Below, piece by piece: positions 1-5,256 of a stretch of DNA of 20,000 nucleotides. Each line of letters opens with the position of its first letter. Positions within the stretch are counted from its first letter, which is position 1. Position numbers and translations under genes: made by a program. The notes below the pieces were generated by a model, which saw only the letters and a program-made list of their open reading frames with translations, ran no database searches and was not told the origin of the DNA. This stretch comes from an uncultured virus (IMG/VR IMGVR_UViG_3300021959_000024) (taxonomy: Duplodnaviria; Heunggongvirae; Uroviricota; Caudoviricetes): IMG/VR virus record IMGVR_UViG_3300021959_000024. One strand, given 5' to 3'.

Positions 1-1
1 A

Positions 2-571
2 TTGATAGGTGATGGTCCTATTGATCCATCTAAAAGAAAGACATCAATCAAAACAATTGCAAACATGCTTAAAAAAGGTGCTATCCTTGGAGTAGCAGAA
101 GGCAATGGTGAAATAGGAATGAGAGCTTTAGGTAGACGATCAATCATTTGTGATCCAAGCATTCCTGGAATGAAAGACAAAATCAATGCTGAGGTCAAAG
201 GAAGAGAATGGTTTAGACCATTTGCACCGATAATATTAGAAGAACACTTAGATGGATTCCAGTCATCCTCATTTGATAACTTAGAATATATGGCTTATGC
301 TGTTCCAGTAACAGATGAGTTTGCTGAGAAGTATCCTGCTGTATGTCATGTGGACAATACAGCCAGAGTTCAATTGTGCAATGATGAAAATAGCACAGTA
401 TACAAAATTATGAAAGAATTAGGAACACCATTGCTAAACACCTCTTTCAATATTCAAGGGCAACCTATAATTGCTCGAGAATCAGAGGCATTTGATATGT
501 TAAACAGTGGCGTCTTAGACGGCATTGTCGTGAATGGTGTCCTATATAAAAAACCCAAAAGTGATAAATAA
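2..571 (+). CDS. Carbamoyltransferase (NodU/CmcH family), C-terminal part; 5'-truncated by the window
   Basis: Motifs E-x-G-x-RALG-x-RSI, KGREWFRPFAP, HVDNTARVQ and LLNTSFNIQGQPI are typical of the carbamoyltransferase C-terminal domain. Confidence 0.9.
   Translation: MIGDGPIDPSKRKTSIKTIANMLKKGAILGVAEGNGEIGMRALGRRSIICDPSIPGMKDKINAEVKGREWFRPFAPIILEEHLDGFQSSSFDNLEYMAYAVPVTDEFAEKYPAVCHVDNTARVQLCNDENSTVYKIMKELGTPLLNTSFNIQGQPIIARESEAFDMLNSGVLDGIVVNGVLYKKPKSDK
563..570 (+). promoter_or_regulatory. T4 late-promoter-like box (GATAAATA)
   Basis: One mismatch to TATAAATA; lies 6 nt before the 5' end of the predicted structured RNA and overlaps the upstream stop codon. Confidence 0.5.
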
Positions 572-576
572 GCGTA

Positions 577-681
577 GTTCTTGTGAGACTCAGTGGGGAC
601 TGGATCTAGAGGCAAGTGTTTAGTCAAACTAAGCAGATGGAATTGACGGGATTTATCGTGGGGTTCGACCCGTCCAAGAAC
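577..681 (+). ncRNA. Candidate structured non-coding RNA of unknown family
   Basis: Closing helix GTTCTTG(577-583)/CAAGAAC(675-681). Internal hairpins CAGT-GGGG-ACTG(591-602), TGTTTAGT-CAA-ACTAAGCA(617-635) and GACGGG(645-650)/CCCGTC(669-674). GC-richer than the flanks; promoter-like box before and terminator after. Confidence 0.6.
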
Positions 682-699
682 ACTTAGAAGGTTTTTTAG

Positions 700-725
700 A
701 GGTGCCAAATTGGCACCTTTTTTTT
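700..725 (+). terminator. Rho-independent terminator
   Basis: Perfect 8-bp stem AGGTGCCA-AAT-TGGCACCT followed by a T run. Confidence 0.85.
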
Positions 726-748
726 CGTTTGAAATTTGTGATAGGAGT

Positions 749-768
749 GTGTTGAATAACATCAACAC
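749..768. repeat. Inverted repeat upstream of the early promoter
   Basis: GTGTTGA-ATAACA-TCAACAC (7-bp arms, 6-nt spacer). Confidence 0.6.
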
Positions 769-802
769 TATTTACAATCCTTAACTTTTGGGGAATTAGC
801 TG

Positions 803-831
803 TTGACTTCAAATCAAGAATAGGAGATAAT
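803..831 (+). promoter_or_regulatory. Sigma70-type early promoter
   Basis: TTGACT-N17-GATAAT, then SD AAGGAG and ATG at 857. Confidence 0.8.
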
Positions 832-856
832 AGTTGTATAAAGTAAAGGAGTAAAT

Positions 857-1222
857 ATGTTAGAATACAGGATCTTAGGAAACCAACCAGAACCATCATT
901 AGTAAAAGAGGGTTTAAATATCATCGACTTTGAGGTTAGATGTAAAGACGAAGAAATCTTTGCAGTAGGTAAAGATATGATTGAGCAATTTGTTGCTCTT
1001 AATCCAGAACTTGAAGGATGTCAACTTTACATTAATGATCCAATGACTGTTGGATTATATCCATCACATGACGAAAATGGTGATATGTACCACGGAGTTG
1101 ATAACCCATCACCATATAACTTTGATAAACTTGTTCAATCATTAGAAGAAGTTGGTTTTTATGGTAAGTTTGCATCATATAAACAAGTTGGAGAAATTGT
1201 TGACCTCAAATCAATAATTTAG
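857..1222 (+). CDS. Hypothetical early protein (121 aa)
   Basis: ORF with strong SD (AAAGGAG) and its own promoter; no recognisable motif. Confidence 0.75.
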   Translation: MLEYRILGNQPEPSLVKEGLNIIDFEVRCKDEEIFAVGKDMIEQFVALNPELEGCQLYINDPMTVGLYPSHDENGDMYHGVDNPSPYNFDKLVQSLEEVGFYGKFASYKQVGEIVDLKSII

Positions 1223-1228
1223 TATAAT
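1200..1228 (+). promoter_or_regulatory. Sigma70-type early promoter, near-copy of the 803 promoter
   Basis: TTGACC-N17-TATAAT; 1198-1238 matches 801-841 at 34 of 41 positions. Confidence 0.85.
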
Positions 1229-1260
1229 AGTTGTATAATTTAAAAAGTAAGGAGAAAATT

Positions 1261-1605
1261 ATGAATTATAGTGAAAGTGATAAAGTATTAGTAAAAAGAA
1301 ATAGAGCAATCTTTTATGAGAAGTTCTATGAGTTTTTATTAGATGGTGTTGAGAGAAACGGAAGTTACAGTTTTGTACAAATCAAAAAAGATTTGCAAGA
1401 TGAAGATTCAATCATTAACGATCTATATAAAAGTATTACTAATGTCGGTGAGTATGGATACGACATGTATTGGGATCTATATGATTATAGTGATAGGCTA
1501 AGAAACAATATTGATGGTGCACTAGCTGATAGTGATTTAGTTGTAGAAAAACAGGGTCATAGACTGTTCGTAGTACACGAGAACAGTGTTGACTCTAATT
1601 ACTAA
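1261..1605 (+). CDS. Hypothetical early protein (MNYSESDK...)
   Basis: SD TAAGGAG precedes the ATG at 1261, which is preferred over the ORF-track TTG at 1231. Confidence 0.75.
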   Translation: MNYSESDKVLVKRNRAIFYEKFYEFLLDGVERNGSYSFVQIKKDLQDEDSIINDLYKSITNVGEYGYDMYWDLYDYSDRLRNNIDGALADSDLVVEKQGHRLFVVHENSVDSNY

Positions 1606-1617
1606 AAGAGGTATCAT
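1589..1617 (+). promoter_or_regulatory. Sigma70-type early promoter
   Basis: TTGACT-N17-TATCAT; the ATG at 1624 is only 6 nt downstream. Confidence 0.65.
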
Positions 1618-1623
1618 AAAGAT

Positions 1624-1827
1624 ATGAATGACGCATTTGAAACACTAAAAGACGGAATCTACAACCAGATGGCTTGTAATCCAGAAGCTCTGGTTGAGGC
1701 GTTTTGCAGAATGACTGACGGTCAAATTCAAAGGTTTGCTAATGCAGCTTCTGAAAAAAAGATTGCAGTAGCAATTGAACACGCTCTGCATGCTGCAGAG
1801 TTAGATTTTATGGTTGGAGAAGATTAA
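1624..1827 (+). CDS. Hypothetical protein (67 aa)
   Basis: ORF directly after a promoter, coupled to the next gene by TAATG. Confidence 0.65.
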   Translation: MNDAFETLKDGIYNQMACNPEALVEAFCRMTDGQIQRFANAASEKKIAVAIEHALHAAELDFMVGED

Positions 1828-2057
1828 TGGCATTTAAACCTTATCGCAATACCAAGAACGAAATGACGTTTGATCGAGCTGATTCAATGGCTCGTGGGAA
1901 CAAGAAAAAACTAGAAGAGTTTTTTCACAACTGTTTTGTTAAACTACATTATTATGGAAAAGAAGACGAAGCATTTTACTTTGAAATGATTCACGACCAC
2001 ATTAAAGATGGCGGTGATCTTGATCCAGATAATGTTTCAATGATTTTAGGATTATGA
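1827..2057 (+). CDS. Hypothetical protein (76 aa)
   Basis: SD GGAG; stop/start overlaps with both neighbours (TAATG, ATGA). Confidence 0.7.
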   Translation: MAFKPYRNTKNEMTFDRADSMARGNKKKLEEFFHNCFVKLHYYGKEDEAFYFEMIHDHIKDGGDLDPDNVSMILGL

Positions 2058-2557
2058 AGTTCGATAAACATTTCTTACCACTATGGCTAACTTTATTCTT
2101 TATGATGTTTCTATCAATTCAAGAAGCAAAAGCGTATGATGAGAATGAAGACAGGTTTTGGCTTGCTATGAATATGTACCATGAAGCGGGTAACCAATCG
2201 GATGCTGGACGTATTGCAGTTGCGCTGGTGACGTTGAACAGAGTTAACTCTTGGGGTTGGCCTGATCAAATCGACCAAGTAGTAACGCAAGGTCCAACAT
2301 ACGTTAACTGGAAAGGCAATGTATTGCCAATCAGGAACAGGTGCCAGTTCAGTTGGTACTGTGATGGTGAGCCAGACGAACCTGAAGATAGTAAGACTTG
2401 GGAAGAATGCCTCAAACTTGCTAACATGATAATGGATGAAGGAATGTATGATTTTACTCATGGATCCACACATTATCATAGTGATAAAGTAGACCCATAT
2501 TGGAATAAGCACCTAAAGAAGACGTTGGTTGTCGATAACCACATCTTCTATAAATAG
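2054..2557 (+). CDS. SleB/CwlJ-like cell-wall hydrolase (Hydrolase_2) with N-terminal signal sequence
   Basis: LAMNMYHEA (catalytic Glu), AVALVTLNRV, CQFSWYCDG, GSTHYH and HIFYK motifs; hydrophobic N-terminus ending in A-K-A. Confidence 0.9.
   Translation: MKFDKHFLPLWLTLFFMMFLSIQEAKAYDENEDRFWLAMNMYHEAGNQSDAGRIAVALVTLNRVNSWGWPDQIDQVVTQGPTYVNWKGNVLPIRNRCQFSWYCDGEPDEPEDSKTWEECLKLANMIMDEGMYDFTHGSTHYHSDKVDPYWNKHLKKTLVVDNHIFYK
2549..2556 (+). promoter_or_regulatory. T4 gp55-type late promoter (TATAAATA)
   Basis: Exact consensus, 5 nt before the ATG at 2562. Confidence 0.8.
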
Positions 2558-2561
2558 GTGT

Positions 2562-3965
2562 ATGGCATTTAGTATAAGAGTAGAAACACCAAGCAATTTT
2601 ACACAACTTCAGAAGCAGCTAAGTAAAGATCAAGCCATGCTTATGGTTAGATGCTACGATGCAATTGCTGCTGAGTTGGGTTGGACTATTGTTGCTGGTG
2701 TAGGGACTGATGGTGGTAAATTCAAAGTACCGAATTCATTTAAGGATGAGTTTGGTGAGTCTCAAGGTAAAGGTAAAATTCATTCAGCACTTGTAAAGCA
2801 TGGAATAAACAAGACTGCATTTAAAGCATTTGGTAATGGAAGCACAGGAGGAGGAACCAGTGCTGTCGATACGAAGATGCAAGAGAATGGTTCACTTTTA
2901 TACTTCCAACATTATATTGAAACTGGTAAATTTCCTAGCGACAAAGAAATAAGAAAGATTTATCCGAAAGCAACAGATAATTGGATTACTTCATTTGAGA
3001 CACAATCAGTTAAACTAAAAGAGTATCTAGGAGCTCAAAAGAATTACAATTATTCTCGTGATGATGGTATCATGCCTTTTATTGAGAATCTTGCAAAACA
3101 ACATTGTGGTGTATCTACTATAGATAACTGGAACCCTGCTGACGTTTATATTGTAAAAAAGGATAAGGAAAAAGAAGTAAGAGAGAAGTTAGGTAAATGT
3201 GCCGATCATCCTAATCCTAAAGCAGCCAGAGATTATCTAAACGAGTGCATGCAAAACTATGTCAAGGATAAAATCTTAGTAGGAATTTCTCTTAAAGCAT
3301 TGAAGCCTCCTACAAAGGCATCGATAGAAGAAACAAACCTTGTTACTAAAACTAGAGAAAATACTGTAAGTCTTGACAGTGATTTTAAATGTAGTTGGGA
3401 ATTGTTAGATGGTAAAATGTTTAAATCTACAGAAACGCAATTCTTTATTAGAGATAATGTAAAGCGATACTCTGTTCAGATAAGAACATTTACAAATTCA
3501 AATGCTCGTGAACAAGTCCAAATGGAGATAACTCCTGTTGGAGGTGGTGCAAAGTTAGGTAAGGTATCTGCAGATGCAGCTATTGATCCATACTTGAGTG
3601 GTGAATCATTGACCAGGCCTTTGAACAGAAATGTTCCAAAACAAGGACAGTTTACACAAAGAGATTTAGATCAAGTAATAGCGTTGTATAATGAACTAAA
3701 ATCAGGTACAATAGGCGGACAAAAAGTACTTTGGGATATTCCGGGTGATAGTAGTTTTGAAATGCAACTTAGAATGGCAGTGTCAGCTGAGAGAACATTA
3801 ACGCCGACTGCAAGAATTTTATCTGCAAAGATTCAAGGTATGAAATATTTAAAGGTGTTTAAGGAATTAGATAGAAAAGGCAAGTTGAATAGTTTCTTAA
3901 ACGTTTGTTATTATGGTGCAAAAAAGGAATACGAAGGCGCTGGTCCTTTTGTAAAGATTAGTTAA
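2562..3965 (+). CDS. Putative PD-(D/E)XK-like (restriction-endonuclease-fold) nuclease
   Basis: TKMQE...DNWNPADVY (3123-3149)...LVGISLK (3276-3296) fits an E...PxD...SxK catalytic layout. ATG 2562 chosen because it follows the late promoter. Confidence 0.6.
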   Translation: MAFSIRVETPSNFTQLQKQLSKDQAMLMVRCYDAIAAELGWTIVAGVGTDGGKFKVPNSFKDEFGESQGKGKIHSALVKHGINKTAFKAFGNGSTGGGTSAVDTKMQENGSLLYFQHYIETGKFPSDKEIRKIYPKATDNWITSFETQSVKLKEYLGAQKNYNYSRDDGIMPFIENLAKQHCGVSTIDNWNPADVYIVKKDKEKEVREKLGKCADHPNPKAARDYLNECMQNYVKDKILVGISLKALKPPTKASIEETNLVTKTRENTVSLDSDFKCSWELLDGKMFKSTETQFFIRDNVKRYSVQIRTFTNSNAREQVQMEITPVGGGAKLGKVSADAAIDPYLSGESLTRPLNRNVPKQGQFTQRDLDQVIALYNELKSGTIGGQKVLWDIPGDSSFEMQLRMAVSAERTLTPTARILSAKIQGMKYLKVFKELDRKGKLNSFLNVCYYGAKKEYEGAGPFVKIS

Positions 3966-3966
3966 T

Positions 3967-5172
3967 ATGGCAAAAAATACACACATGACTCACTTGGAAG
4001 ACGCTGTCTTCCTACTTGGTATTGAAGGCACTCGTCAATCAGTTAACTTTCTTATTGGTATGAGAGAGACACTTAATGGTACGACAAATAGACCAACAAC
4101 TACATCTGTTAAGTGGGATGGTGCACCAGCTATCTTTATTGGCCAACATCCTGAAACTAAAGAGTTCATAGTTGCTAAAAAGAGTTTATTTAACAAGGAA
4201 CCATTATTCTATAAAAGCATTGCAGAAATTAATGCAACGAAGGATCTTAATCCTGAATTAAAAAGTAAATTTAAAGCAGCATTTGAAGGTTATAAAAATG
4301 CAAACATCAGAGGAATTATTCAAGGTGATTTCCTTTGGGAGAATAAAGACCTTAAAACAGAAATCATTGATGGTGAAGAAGTTATAACATTTCATCCAAA
4401 TACTATTGTATACTCGATACCTAAAAATAGTGACCTTGGTAAGAAAATAGCAGCATCTAAGTTTGGTATAGTATGGCATACAACTTACACAGGAAGAACT
4501 TTACAAACAATGAACGCCTCATTTGGCGTACGTATGCCAGCACAACCAAGACAGGGCGTTCAGTTTGATGCTATGTACAAAGATGTTGCAGGTTCTGCAT
4601 CTCTAACAAAAAGTGAAAGTAGAACATTAGCACGACATTTAACTCTTGCAGGCAGACATTTCAAAAAAATACAACGTAGTTCTTTTGCTGTATTTGATAA
4701 TGAGGCTCTTGCAATACTTGCTACCTCATATACTAACTCATATATCAGAGCTAATAGAGTGCCATCAGAACGAGAACTGGCAACAGGATTCTTGCCTTAC
4801 TTAGATGCATATGCTGCTAAACAAATAAATGCATTGAAGTCTGATGCAGGTAAAAAGAGAAAAAGAATGGCTATGTCACAATTGATTTCACCTGTTAGAA
4901 GAATGGGGAGTGAACAAATAGGACATATGTTTAGCTTATATCATCACTTACAAATTTCAAAAAATATGCTAGTAAAAAAACTAAATAGTTCAGGATTTAT
5001 TAAAACGTTCCTTAAAACACAAGATGGATGGAAAGTAACAGGTCAAGAAGGATTTGTTGCTATTGATAAATCTGGAGCAAACGCTGTCAAACTTGTAGAT
5101 CGTTTAGACTTTAGTTACGCTAACTTTAGTCCTAATGTAATTAAGGGGTGGCAGACAGACTTACGGAGATAA
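3967..5172 (+). CDS. ATP-dependent ligase-like covalent nucleotidyltransferase (resembles DUF6267)
   Basis: Motif I KWDG (4111-4122), motif III-like IQGDF, motif IV EGFV (5047-5058), motif V-like VKLVDR; N-terminal KNTHMTHLED. Confidence 0.65.
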   Translation: MAKNTHMTHLEDAVFLLGIEGTRQSVNFLIGMRETLNGTTNRPTTTSVKWDGAPAIFIGQHPETKEFIVAKKSLFNKEPLFYKSIAEINATKDLNPELKSKFKAAFEGYKNANIRGIIQGDFLWENKDLKTEIIDGEEVITFHPNTIVYSIPKNSDLGKKIAASKFGIVWHTTYTGRTLQTMNASFGVRMPAQPRQGVQFDAMYKDVAGSASLTKSESRTLARHLTLAGRHFKKIQRSSFAVFDNEALAILATSYTNSYIRANRVPSERELATGFLPYLDAYAAKQINALKSDAGKKRKRMAMSQLISPVRRMGSEQIGHMFSLYHHLQISKNMLVKKLNSSGFIKTFLKTQDGWKVTGQEGFVAIDKSGANAVKLVDRLDFSYANFSPNVIKGWQTDLRR

Positions 5173-5176
5173 TTAT

Positions 5177-5184
5177 TATAAATA
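5177..5184 (+). promoter_or_regulatory. T4 gp55-type late promoter (TATAAATA)
   Basis: Exact consensus in an intergenic region. Confidence 0.85.
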
Positions 5185-5188
5185 AACA

Positions 5189-5254
5189 TAGGCGATATTC
5201 CAATAGAGCCTCGAAAGAGTGGAATGTTAAACACAAGTTAGCCTACGGGAAACC
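5189..5254 (+). promoter_or_regulatory. Structured 5' leader RNA (candidate cis-regulatory element)
   Basis: TAGGC(5189-5193)/GCCTA(5241-5245); GATATTCCA(5194-5202)/TGGAATGTT(5220-5228); CTC-GAAA-GAG(5210-5219); GG-GAAA-CC(5247-5254). Confidence 0.55.
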
Positions 5255-5256
5255 TT

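Noticed and set aside
577..685. Canonical tRNA gene (7-bp acceptor-like stem and GGTTCGA)
   Set aside because: No 5-bp T stem around the TTCGA loop, no 7-nt anticodon loop and no CCA; kept only as an unknown structured RNA.
454..768. Minus-strand 104-aa ORF
   Set aside because: Antisense to the carbamoyltransferase, the structured RNA and the terminator; no recognisable protein features.
801..1238. CRISPR-like repeat or attachment site
   Set aside because: Only two imperfect copies ~400 bp apart with a gene between them; explained as duplicated promoters.
2562..3965. Mobile homing endonuclease (GIY-YIG, HNH or LAGLIDADG)
   Set aside because: None of those motifs is visible; the gene is tightly coupled to the ligase-like gene.
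5189..5254. c-di-GMP-I, NAD+ or preQ1 riboswitch assignment
   Set aside because: The resemblance is limited to a GAAA tetraloop hairpin and short words; the conserved cores of these classes are not recognisable.
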